Source of the DNA: an uncultured Clostridium sp. | GTDB lineage: Bacteria > Bacillota_I > Bacilli_A > RF39 > UBA660 | NCBI GenBank assembly: GCA_946414595.1 | Contig: CAMKPE010000003.1 | Span: forward strand, 6,860 to 70,859 | Direction of reading: 5' to 3' | Length of the DNA: 64,000 nucleotides | Shown here: positions 38,759 through 47,351 of the stretch, piece after piece | How the letters are laid out: every line of letters begins with the position of its first letter | Position numbering within the stretch: the stretch's first letter is position 1 | Made by a program: the position numbers and the translations under genes | Notes under the pieces: generated by a model | Database searches by the model: none | The model's input: the letters and a program-made list of their open reading frames with translations, nothing else | Told to the model about the DNA's origin: nothing

Positions 38759-38795
38759 GTTTGTCATTCTACATGTAAAAAATGCATTATTTTTA

Positions 38796-38843
38796 TTTAC
38801 AAACATTATGTTGTATATAATAATTATATTAGATGTTAATCTA
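38796..38843 (+). promoter_or_regulatory. P4 promoter plus TTAGAT/ATCTA palindromic leader element
   Basis: TTTACA (38796-38801), 17 nt, AATAAT (38819-38824), TATA, then TTAGAT-GTTA-ATCTA (38829-38843); same layout as the P5/P6 leaders. Confidence 0.5.
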
Positions 38844-38870
38844 TTAAATAATATGAAGGAGGTATATATT

Positions 38871-39515
38871 ATGGGTGATGGATGGACAGGTATAGGTCTT
38901 AGCGAAGCAAGAGCAGATTTAGATTCTTTTAGACATACAATGATGGAATTAATTAATATTTATGCAAATGGTTTTGATGAATTGAATGAAACAATGTATA
39001 ATTGTTGGGCTTCACCAAATGCAAAAAAATTTAATGATATGTTTTTAAAACCACTTGCAGAAGTAGAAACTGAGTTAGCTTCTTTAGCAACTGATGTATT
39101 AACATCAGCTACACAAGCAGCTCAAGATGTAGCTAAATCAAATGGAGCATCATTTATTTATGAGGTTCCACCGCTAACTGCGAATGGAGAAGTAAGAAAA
39201 ACACTTCTTGAAGAGAAAGATGGAAAAACTGGAATGAATATTCCTATGGTTAAAGTTTCAGTAGATAATTTCCTTACTACATGTAGTACTATTAAAGAAA
39301 ACTTACATAATATACCAATGGGATTTGCATTACTTGACCCACAAAATGAATTATTAACAGCATACCAAAATAGAATTAAAGGTTTATCAGAAAAAATAAC
39401 TCTATTAATTACAACATTAAGTCTTGCAATGGAAAATTGTTATACAGCTGAAGAATTGGATCTTAATCTTGGTAAACAACAAGCTTCACAAGAACTTAGT
39501 GGAAAACAAAACTAA
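38871..39515 (+). CDS. DGWTG-family protein P4 (most divergent core, 214 aa)
   Basis: AAGGAGG SD before ATG 38871. MGDGWTGIG, CWASPNAKKFN, GMNIPMVK, LLDPQNELL, LGKQQASQEL. Confidence 0.88.
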   Translation: MGDGWTGIGLSEARADLDSFRHTMMELINIYANGFDELNETMYNCWASPNAKKFNDMFLKPLAEVETELASLATDVLTSATQAAQDVAKSNGASFIYEVPPLTANGEVRKTLLEEKDGKTGMNIPMVKVSVDNFLTTCSTIKENLHNIPMGFALLDPQNELLTAYQNRIKGLSEKITLLITTLSLAMENCYTAEELDLNLGKQQASQELSGKQN

Positions 39516-39541
39516 AAAGAGAATTTATTTCTCTTTTTTTG
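39516..39541 (+). terminator. rho-independent terminator after P4
   Basis: AAGAGAA / TTCTCTT stem followed by T-run. Confidence 0.65.
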
Positions 39542-39579
39542 TTATTATGCTATAATACTTACTACTTAGGGGTGAATCT

Positions 39580-40128
39580 ATGAAAATAATAACAAATTAT
39601 GATTTAATAAATTCTGTTAAAAATATTAATGAACCTCTTAGCCCTTTAAAGGTTGTTAGAAATAATAAAGCTCGTTGGGCTAAGTTTAACTTACCATTAT
39701 ATGCTACTATTAATTATTTGTTTCAAAGAAATATTCCGGGAACACTAGGAATATTAGGCTTGCAATTTGGACTTTTAATTACTGCAGATTTTATGGTTAA
39801 TCATTCATTAGGAATAGATAAGTATAAAAATGCATCTGATAAAGATATAAAGGAATTAGTTATAAAACTTCAAGAATTAAATGTAGAAACAAATTATGAT
39901 TTAATAAAAAAATCTCAATTAGATGGAAAAAAATATGATGTTAGACTTAACGAGCATAAATTACCAGAACTTGTTGAAAGCAAGTATATATTAGTTCCTT
40001 CTTATAATTATCAAGGAGAAATAAAAACAACTAATTTGAAACAAGAACATGTCGTAGGATCTAAGAATTATGTTTTATCAATTGGATCTATGCAAAGACA
40101 AAAACAATTAGCATATGCAAATGTATAA
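39580..40128 (+). CDS. hypothetical membrane-associated protein (182 aa)
   Basis: GGGGTGA SD; hydrophobic stretch GTLGILGLQFGLLITADFMV; monocistronic, with terminators on both sides. Confidence 0.6.
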   Translation: MKIITNYDLINSVKNINEPLSPLKVVRNNKARWAKFNLPLYATINYLFQRNIPGTLGILGLQFGLLITADFMVNHSLGIDKYKNASDKDIKELVIKLQELNVETNYDLIKKSQLDGKKYDVRLNEHKLPELVESKYILVPSYNYQGEIKTTNLKQEHVVGSKNYVLSIGSMQRQKQLAYANV

Positions 40129-40158
40129 AAAAAGAGTGAAAAAATACTCTTTTTTTTA
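40129..40158 (+). terminator. rho-independent terminator
   Basis: AAAGAGT / ACTCTTT stem followed by T8. Confidence 0.6.
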
Positions 40159-40182
40159 TATAATTTATATAGAGGTAAGAAT

Positions 40183-41754
40183 ATGGATAATAGTAGTTTA
40201 AAAACAATGTATGATGATTTCTTTGGTTCTAGTTTATTAACTGATGAATCAAGTATGAAGAAACTTGAAGAAGTAAGTGAAGAAATTAATATAGAAGACT
40301 TATTATTAGATGAAGCATCTATTGAATTATTAAAAAGAATTATTGTATATATGGATAATTATAATAATTCTAAAGTAAGTAATTATATTAATTTTAATAT
40401 ATTATTATCGTGTGATAATAAAGAGACTATAGAGAAAGTAATTAATATATTAAAGAAAAAATCTGGAAGTTATATTATTAATAGCAGTGCTACAACATTT
40501 TCTTTTTATAACTTAGATAAGGCTACTGATGTAGATGCTTTATATAAGAATGGTATTGTATGTTATAAAGACTTAAAAGCATTTGATACTCAAGAAGTTC
40601 AAGATAGAAATTTATTCTTACATAATTTAAAGAATAATATAAATAAAAAGAACATTACTATTTTATGTGATAATGCTCATGATATTGATTCATTCTTAAC
40701 ATATGATAATGACTTAAAAAATACATATTTTACTTTTAAACTAGTTGGTATTAAACCTGATGTTCAAGATGTTTATAATGAAGTATTAAACAAAGTAACA
40801 TTAAATGAAGATAAACAAGTAGCACTTCTTGATTACATTACTAATACTTATAGCAAGTCTTTAGATAATTATGTAACATATAGAGATAAATTAATTAACT
40901 ATATATCATTTAATGAAGATGTTCCTAAACTTAGTGAATCTAAAACTAATGAAGAGATATTTGAAGAATTAAATGAATTAGTTGGTTTAGATGATGTTAA
41001 GACAGCTTTAAAAGATTTAGTAAGTTTAATTACATTAAAACAAAAGACTGAAGGTACATTAAAGATTAAAGATATTAACTTACATATGTTATTCTTAGGA
41101 AATCCTGGTACTGGTAAAACAACAGTTGCTAGATTATTATCAGGAATACTTTACAATTTAGGCTATATTAAAGAAAACAAGTTAATAGAAGTATCTTCAA
41201 AAGATTTAGTAGCAGAGTATGTGGGACAAACTGCTCCAAAGACAAATGCTGTTATTGATAGGGCAAAAGGTGGAATTTTATTTATTGATGAAGCTTATGC
41301 TTTAGCAAGTGATAATAGTTCATATAATGATGAAGCAATAGCAACCCTAATTAAAGGTATGGAAGATTATCGTGATGACTTAGTAGTTATTCTTGCTGGA
41401 TATACAAAAGAGATGCAAGCTTTCCTAGATTCTAACTCAGGAATTGTATCACGTATTGGATACACATTAACATTTAAAGATTATACAGTAGATGAATTAA
41501 TGGAGATCTTTAAGTCAATGGTATTTAAAGCAGGATTTAAGATAACTGATGGCGCTTTAGCAAAAGCTAAAAGTATTATTGAAGATAATATAGATACAAA
41601 GAACTTTGGTAATGCAAGATTTGTTAGAAACCTATATGAGAAGACAGTTGTTAAACATGCTACTAATACAAAAGATAGAAAGAAGAAAGATTCATTAATA
41701 ACTATCGAAGAAGAAGATATAAACGCAGACAATTTAATAGCTCAAAAAGATTAA
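40183..41754 (+). CDS. AAA+ ATPase of the CbbX/SpoVK/EccA class with ~270-aa N-terminal extension
   Basis: LVGLDDVK, Walker A GNPGTGKTTVARLL, Walker B GGILFIDEAYAL, VILAGY and SRIGYTLTF motifs diagnostic of the CbbX-like AAA+ clade. The N-terminal region looks like a degenerate second AAA-like module. Confidence 0.8.
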   Translation: MDNSSLKTMYDDFFGSSLLTDESSMKKLEEVSEEINIEDLLLDEASIELLKRIIVYMDNYNNSKVSNYINFNILLSCDNKETIEKVINILKKKSGSYIINSSATTFSFYNLDKATDVDALYKNGIVCYKDLKAFDTQEVQDRNLFLHNLKNNINKKNITILCDNAHDIDSFLTYDNDLKNTYFTFKLVGIKPDVQDVYNEVLNKVTLNEDKQVALLDYITNTYSKSLDNYVTYRDKLINYISFNEDVPKLSESKTNEEIFEELNELVGLDDVKTALKDLVSLITLKQKTEGTLKIKDINLHMLFLGNPGTGKTTVARLLSGILYNLGYIKENKLIEVSSKDLVAEYVGQTAPKTNAVIDRAKGGILFIDEAYALASDNSSYNDEAIATLIKGMEDYRDDLVVILAGYTKEMQAFLDSNSGIVSRIGYTLTFKDYTVDELMEIFKSMVFKAGFKITDGALAKAKSIIEDNIDTKNFGNARFVRNLYEKTVVKHATNTKDRKKKDSLITIEEEDINADNLIAQKD

Positions 41755-41781
41755 GCATCTATCACCTGATAGGTGCTTTTA
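41754..41781 (+). terminator. rho-independent terminator (weak T-run)
   Basis: AGCATCTATCA / TGATAGGTGCT inverted repeat followed by TTTT. Confidence 0.45.
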
Positions 41782-41844
41782 CTTGACTATTTTTAGTGTT
41801 AGTATTATATTTATATTATAAAAAATGGTATGGGAGGTCATTTT

Positions 41845-43119
41845 ATGGAGCGTAAAGTAGTAAAATTCCTAAAACACTGGCAAGAAGACGAAAATAGAAA
41901 ACCATTAGTAGTTTATGGTAGTAAACAAGTAGGTAAGACTTATACTGTATTAAAATTTGGAGAAGAAAATTACTCTAATGTTGTTTATATCGATGCCAAT
42001 GATAATAAAGTATTAAAAGAAGGATTAAAGAAGCAAAACACTATTGATGGTATAATTGCTAAATTAAGTGAAATAACTAAAGAAGAGATTAAGAAGAATG
42101 AGACTTTGGTAGTTATCGATAACTTAAATGATGTAGATATAGTTAATACTATTAAAACAATTGGTAAGTTTAAGAATGAATACCATGTTATTTTAATTAC
42201 GTCTTTACGTGATAATTTAAATAAATTCAAAGGTACTGAATTACAATTTAAATCTATGCTTCCAATGGACTTTGAAGAATACCTAGTGGCAGTAGGAAAA
42301 GAAGAATTAGTAGATTTCATTAAAAACTCATTTAAGAATAATACTAAGATGCCTTTTCATAAGGTTGCTATGGAATATTTTAATTCTTATATCTTAACTG
42401 GAGGAATGCCCGAAGCAGTTGAACTATCTTTAAGAGATAAGAATAAAGTTCTTCAAAACTCAGTATTTGATAAAATAATTGATACTTATAAAAAAGAGAT
42501 TTCTCTACAAGATAATCTAATAGATATATCAAGAAGTATTGAAGTATACGATAGTATTTCTTCACAACTTATGAAATCTAATAAGAAGTTCCAATATGGA
42601 TTAATTAAAGATGGTGGAAGAAGTAAAGAATATGAAAACTCTTTAACATTTCTTCATAATAATGGATTAATTTATAAATGTTATAAACTTGATGAGATTA
42701 AATCTCCAATAAGTAACTTTAAAGATAAAGATAGCTTTAAAGTATATATGAATGATACTGGTCTATTATATAAGAAATTAAAGATTAATGAGACTATCTT
42801 TAATAGTGATGATCAAGTTAAACAAGTATTATATGAAAATAGTGTAGCTATATCATTAATTAGTTCAAATTATAGTATTTATTATTATCAATCTGATGGA
42901 AAAGCATTTGTAGACTTTGTAATTCAAACACGTGGTGGTAATATAGTACCTATTGAACTTGTACCATTCAATAAAACAAAATCTAAAGCTTTATCAGTTT
43001 ATATAAATAAATATAAACCTAGTGAAGCAATTAGAATTACACAAGATAATTTCTGCATAAAAAAAGGCATAAAATATATTCCTTTATATGCAACATTTTG
43101 TTTAAGTGAACTAGTTTAG
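41845..43119 (+). CDS. P-loop ATPase (AAA_14 / DUF4143-like architecture)
   Basis: GGGAGG SD before ATG 41845; Walker A GSKQVGKTYT, Walker B-like LVVIDNL; ~425 aa, as in the widespread ATP-binding-protein family. Confidence 0.6.
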   Translation: MERKVVKFLKHWQEDENRKPLVVYGSKQVGKTYTVLKFGEENYSNVVYIDANDNKVLKEGLKKQNTIDGIIAKLSEITKEEIKKNETLVVIDNLNDVDIVNTIKTIGKFKNEYHVILITSLRDNLNKFKGTELQFKSMLPMDFEEYLVAVGKEELVDFIKNSFKNNTKMPFHKVAMEYFNSYILTGGMPEAVELSLRDKNKVLQNSVFDKIIDTYKKEISLQDNLIDISRSIEVYDSISSQLMKSNKKFQYGLIKDGGRSKEYENSLTFLHNNGLIYKCYKLDEIKSPISNFKDKDSFKVYMNDTGLLYKKLKINETIFNSDDQVKQVLYENSVAISLISSNYSIYYYQSDGKAFVDFVIQTRGGNIVPIELVPFNKTKSKALSVYINKYKPSEAIRITQDNFCIKKGIKYIPLYATFCLSELV

Positions 43120-43127
43120 GAGGAAAT

Positions 43128-44645
43128 ATGAAAAAATTAGTATTATGTATTTTAGATGGATGTGGAATAAGAGAAAATCCAGATGGTAATGCATTTAAAA
43201 ATGCTAATAAACCAACATTTGATATGATGATGAATAAATATCCACATTCAATATTACAAGCAAGTGGAAAAGCTGTAGGGCTTCCAGAAGGGCAAATGGG
43301 AACTAGTGAAGTAGGGCATATGAACCTTGGAAGTGGAAGAGTAGCACTACAACCATTACAAGCTATTACCCAAGATATAGAAAGTGGGGCAATAAAAGAA
43401 AATAAAGAGTTATTAGAAGTATTTGATCATGTTAAAAAGAACAATTCAAATTTACATATAACTGGATTGTTATCTGATGGTGGAGTACATTCACATATTA
43501 ATCATTTATTAGCAATTCTAGATCTATGTAAGGAAAATGGAGTCAATAATGTTTATTTAGATATGTTCTTAGATGGAAGAGATACATATGAGAAAAGTGC
43601 ATTAACTTACTTAGATAAATTAAATGATAAGATAAATGAATTAGGAATTGGAACAATATCTACAATATCAGGAAGATATTATGGAATGGATAGAGATGAT
43701 AACTATGATAGATTAAAGTTATCATATGATGCTATTGTATATGGAGAAGGACCAGTTTATAGTTCATATAAAGAATTAGTAGAAGCTAACTATGAAAAGG
43801 GGGTATTCGATGAATTTGTAGTTCCAGGAATACTTCATAAATGTCCTTTAAATGATAATGATGCTATAATGACATTTAACTTTAGAAAGGATAGATTAAG
43901 AGAGTTATATACTTGTTTATCAAATGTACCTTTCTATAAAGAAAAAGCATTAGAAAAAGGATTAGAGTTAAAAGATTTTAATAATTTGAAAGTATTAACT
44001 ATGTTTCCAGTAGTTGAATCAGTTAAAGCACCTCATGCTTTTAATGATTTAGATATGAAAAATATTCTTGTAGATTATCTACATGAAAAAGGAATCAGTC
44101 AATTAAGAATTGCTGAAACAGAAAAGTTTGCTCATGTTACTTTCTTCTTCGATGGAGGAAGAGAGGTTGAGTATCCTGATATGAAAAAGATATTAATACC
44201 ATCACCAAAAGTTGCTACATATGATTTGCAACCTGAGATGAGTGCATTTATAGTTACTGATAAGTTCTTAGAAGAAGTAGATAATTATGATGTTACTATT
44301 ATGAATCTTGCTAATGGTGATATGGTAGGACATACTGGAAACTATGATGCTGCAAAAGAAGCAGTTGAAGATATGGATAAATGCTTAGAAAAAATTTATA
44401 ACAAAGTAGTTAATGAACTTGGAGGAACACTAATTATAATTGCTGACCATGGTAACTGCGATATGATGTGGGATGAAAATCATAATCCTGTAACAAGTCA
44501 CACTACTTTCCCAGTTCCTTGTATAATTACTCAAGAAGGAATTGAATTAAAAGATGGTAAACTTGCTGATATAGCACCAACAATGCTTCATATTATGGAA
44601 TTGCCAATTCCAGAAGAAATGAATGGAGAATGTTTAATAAAATAA
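43128..44645 (+). CDS. gpmI: 2,3-bisphosphoglycerate-independent phosphoglycerate mutase
   Basis: LDGCGIRE, GTSEVGHMNLGSGR (catalytic Ser region), ADHGNCD; AGGAGG SD 8 nt after the upstream stop. Confidence 0.93.
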   Translation: MKKLVLCILDGCGIRENPDGNAFKNANKPTFDMMMNKYPHSILQASGKAVGLPEGQMGTSEVGHMNLGSGRVALQPLQAITQDIESGAIKENKELLEVFDHVKKNNSNLHITGLLSDGGVHSHINHLLAILDLCKENGVNNVYLDMFLDGRDTYEKSALTYLDKLNDKINELGIGTISTISGRYYGMDRDDNYDRLKLSYDAIVYGEGPVYSSYKELVEANYEKGVFDEFVVPGILHKCPLNDNDAIMTFNFRKDRLRELYTCLSNVPFYKEKALEKGLELKDFNNLKVLTMFPVVESVKAPHAFNDLDMKNILVDYLHEKGISQLRIAETEKFAHVTFFFDGGREVEYPDMKKILIPSPKVATYDLQPEMSAFIVTDKFLEEVDNYDVTIMNLANGDMVGHTGNYDAAKEAVEDMDKCLEKIYNKVVNELGGTLIIIADHGNCDMMWDENHNPVTSHTTFPVPCIITQEGIELKDGKLADIAPTMLHIMELPIPEEMNGECLIK

Positions 44646-44671
44646 AAAATACTGCATAAGCAGTATTTTTA
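44646..44671. terminator. bidirectional terminator between gpmI and the convergent small genes
   Basis: AAAATACTGC / GCAGTATTTT 10-bp stem, loop ATAA, flanked by A- and T-runs. Confidence 0.7.
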
Positions 44672-44878
44672 TTATCCTAATAAACCTTTTAAAGAATTTC
44701 CGATATCATCAATATTGATTTTAGCTTTAACAGCATCAATAATGCTATTAATTTGATCATCTGGTAAATCAACACCGATTATTCCTTCAACTGTTTTTAC
44801 AGGATTCTTTTGGAAGTTTGCAAGAATAGTTGGATCACTTTGAACCTTCTTAACAACTTCATCAATTTTTTCTTTCAT
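44672..44878 (-). CDS. small hypothetical protein (68 aa)
   Basis: ATG at 44878 preceded by AGGAGG on the minus strand; MKEKIDEVVKKVQSDPTILANFQKNPVKTVEG... Confidence 0.6.
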   Translation of the reverse strand: MKEKIDEVVKKVQSDPTILANFQKNPVKTVEGIIGVDLPDDQINSIIDAVKAKINIDDIGNSLKGLLG

Positions 44879-44891
44879 TTTATTTACCTCC

Positions 44892-45083
44892 TTACATTTT
44901 TGGTTTATAATCTTCTTCTTCATCAGAATCTTTTGAACTAGTTAATGGTACTTCATCTGTTTCAGCGTTTTCAAACATTTGAATTTTTGCTCTTAAAATT
45001 GCTTCTTCTTTATTAGTTCTATATAATTCACGTAATTCTGGATCACTATAAATTATTGCTGTTATTCTTTCTTCTTCACTCAT
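44892..45083 (-). CDS. small acidic hypothetical protein (63 aa)
   Basis: ORF whose stop overlaps the SD of the downstream small gene (TAAGGAGG); weak own SD. Confidence 0.45.
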   Translation of the reverse strand: MSEEERITAIIYSDPELRELYRTNKEEAILRAKIQMFENAETDEVPLTSSKDSDEEEDYKPKM

Positions 45084-45144
45084 AGATTTTCTCTTCTTTC
45101 TCTTTCAATATAATTATATCTTATATTTTTTTTGTTGTTAATAT

Positions 45145-45157
45145 CGAAAATATGTTC
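45145..45157. promoter_or_regulatory. LexA (Cheo-type SOS) box inside the dinB promoter
   Basis: CGAAAATATGTTC(T) matches CGAACATATGTTCG at 12 of 14 positions. It lies between TTGTTA (45135-45140) and TATAAT (45158-45163). Confidence 0.55.
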
Positions 45158-45179
45158 TATAATTAAGTTGGTGATATAT

Positions 45180-46370
45180 ATGGAAAGAGTGATATTTCAT
45201 ATTGATGTTAATAACGCTTTTTTATCATGGACTGCAGTTAAACTTTTAAAAGATGGATATAAGATTGATATTAGAACAATTCCTTCAGTAATTGGTGGAG
45301 ATGAAGAAAAGCGCCATGGTATTGTGCTTGCTAAAAGCCCTGTTGCTAAAAAGTTTGGAATTGTTACTGCAGAAACTTTATATCAAGCAAGAAAGAAATG
45401 CCCTAGTGTTAAAGTATATCCACCAGATTATCACTACTATAGTGAAATGTCTAAAAAGATGTTTGAATATATATCACAGTATAGCCCGGACATAGAAAAA
45501 TTTTCTATAGATGAATGCTTTGTAGATATGAGTGGTACTCATTATTTATATGATAATTTAATTGATCTTGCATATAAGATTAAAGATGAAATTCATTCTA
45601 AATTCGGATTCACTGTCAATGTAGGAATTGGTAATAATAAGTTATGTGCTAAGATGGCCAGTGACTTTGAAAAGCCAGATAAAGTACATACATTATTTGA
45701 TAATGAAATAAAAGAAAAAATGTGGCCACTTCCAGTTAATGATTTGTTATTTGTGGGTAAAAAGACAAGTGCTAAACTAATACAAATGGGATTTAATACA
45801 ATTGGAGATGTAGCACAAGCAAACCCACAATTATTAACAAAAGAATTTAAAACATATGGGATGGAAATATGGAATAGAGCTAATGGAATAGATGACTCTA
45901 TTGTTGATTCATCAACACATAAACATAAAAGTATAAGTGTATCATGGACTCTTGAAAAAGATAGTGATGATATAGATTTAATTAAAAAAGTATTATTAAA
46001 ACAAGTTGATGAAGTAGGAAGAAGTTTAAGAAGGCAAAATATGTATGCAACTGTTGTAGCAGTTACAATTAAAACATATGACTTTGTTTCTTTTTCAAAA
46101 CAAATAAGTTTATCTAATCCAATTAATTCTAATGATGAAATATATGATGCAGTATTAAATGTTTTGTATAAAGCATGGAACTTTGAATTAATTAGAAATA
46201 TAGGTGTTAGATTATCTAACTTAACAGAAAATAGAGTCTTGCAAAACGAATTGTTTGAAGAAAATAATAAAAGTGATAATAAAGAAAAAGTTCAAAAAGC
46301 AATTGATAAAATAAAAGATAAATATGGAAGTGATATTATTAATCCTGCTTCTTTATTAGATAAAAAATAA
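45180..46370 (+). CDS. dinB: Y-family DNA polymerase (DinB/Pol IV-like)
   Basis: HIDVNNAFLSW, SIDECFVDMSG and GIGNNKLCAKMASD motifs; start moved to ATG 45180 (MERVIFHID). Confidence 0.85.
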   Translation: MERVIFHIDVNNAFLSWTAVKLLKDGYKIDIRTIPSVIGGDEEKRHGIVLAKSPVAKKFGIVTAETLYQARKKCPSVKVYPPDYHYYSEMSKKMFEYISQYSPDIEKFSIDECFVDMSGTHYLYDNLIDLAYKIKDEIHSKFGFTVNVGIGNNKLCAKMASDFEKPDKVHTLFDNEIKEKMWPLPVNDLLFVGKKTSAKLIQMGFNTIGDVAQANPQLLTKEFKTYGMEIWNRANGIDDSIVDSSTHKHKSISVSWTLEKDSDDIDLIKKVLLKQVDEVGRSLRRQNMYATVVAVTIKTYDFVSFSKQISLSNPINSNDEIYDAVLNVLYKAWNFELIRNIGVRLSNLTENRVLQNELFEENNKSDNKEKVQKAIDKIKDKYGSDIINPASLLDKK

Positions 46371-46397
46371 ATGCTATAATATAAAATAGGTGATTAT

Positions 46398-47327
46398 ATG
46401 AATATTACACAAGAAAACATTAATCCATTTTTAAATAAATATATAAGTTTAATTGATTCTATTTGTGAACAATATAACTATGAATCTAACATTAAACATT
46501 TATTATATTTAATAGTACCAGCATTCATTGTTAAGTATGGGCCTAACAATGAAAATGCAATATTAGATTGTTTTAAAAAAGTTAAAATATATATAAGCGA
46601 TAAAACAGATAAAATAGTAACTGCATCGTTTAACAGAACGCTAAACAAAAATGCTAATGGTTACTATACAGAAAAGTATGTATCAATCAATAATTATAAT
46701 GGTTCTAGTTTACCATCGTTAATCGATAATATTGTTCATGAGTTTAACCATGCAGTTAATTCGTTAAACAATGAAATTAGTTATGATGATAATATTGTTA
46801 AGATAAGGACTGGATTAAGTACAATTAATTATGACAGAAAGACTTTAAGATATATTGAAAAAAGTCCAGAGATAGCTCTTGAAGAAGTGCTTAACACATC
46901 CCAAACAGAAGAGATAGTAAATATCATTAATTCGTTTGGAAACTATAAAATTGATAACTTAGAATTTTCAAATATGCTTTATGCATTAAAAAATGAAATC
47001 AAAGGAAATAGTTATGTATCTGATGCTTATAACTATCAAAAGTTTATTTGTGATGAGTTAATAAAAAATAAAACTTTTGCACCTACAATTAATAATTTAC
47101 GATTAAAAGGTTTTATTGAAGATATACCTAATCTTTTTGATAATGTTATGGGAAGAGAAGGCAGTTATAAAGAATTAAATAAATTATTAACAGAATTGCA
47201 TGTTTTAGTAATGAAGTATTCAAAAGCAAAGTTTTTTAAAGAAAGAATATTAAATAAGATTAGATCTAAATCAAAAGATGTTATTGGTCTTATTAAAGAA
47301 TACGATAGCAAGTGTATTTTTAAATAA
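46398..47327 (+). CDS. hypothetical protein with HExxH motif
   Basis: IVHEFNHAVN plus downstream acidic EIALEEV; AGGTGA SD; own terminator. Confidence 0.5.
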   Translation: MNITQENINPFLNKYISLIDSICEQYNYESNIKHLLYLIVPAFIVKYGPNNENAILDCFKKVKIYISDKTDKIVTASFNRTLNKNANGYYTEKYVSINNYNGSSLPSLIDNIVHEFNHAVNSLNNEISYDDNIVKIRTGLSTINYDRKTLRYIEKSPEIALEEVLNTSQTEEIVNIINSFGNYKIDNLEFSNMLYALKNEIKGNSYVSDAYNYQKFICDELIKNKTFAPTINNLRLKGFIEDIPNLFDNVMGREGSYKELNKLLTELHVLVMKYSKAKFFKERILNKIRSKSKDVIGLIKEYDSKCIFK

Positions 47328-47350
47328 AGAGAGATTGCTCTCTTTTTTTT
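47327..47350 (+). terminator. rho-independent terminator
   Basis: AAGAGAG / CTCTCTT stem, loop ATTG; the T-run merges into the P5 -35. Confidence 0.7.
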
Positions 47351-47351
47351 G

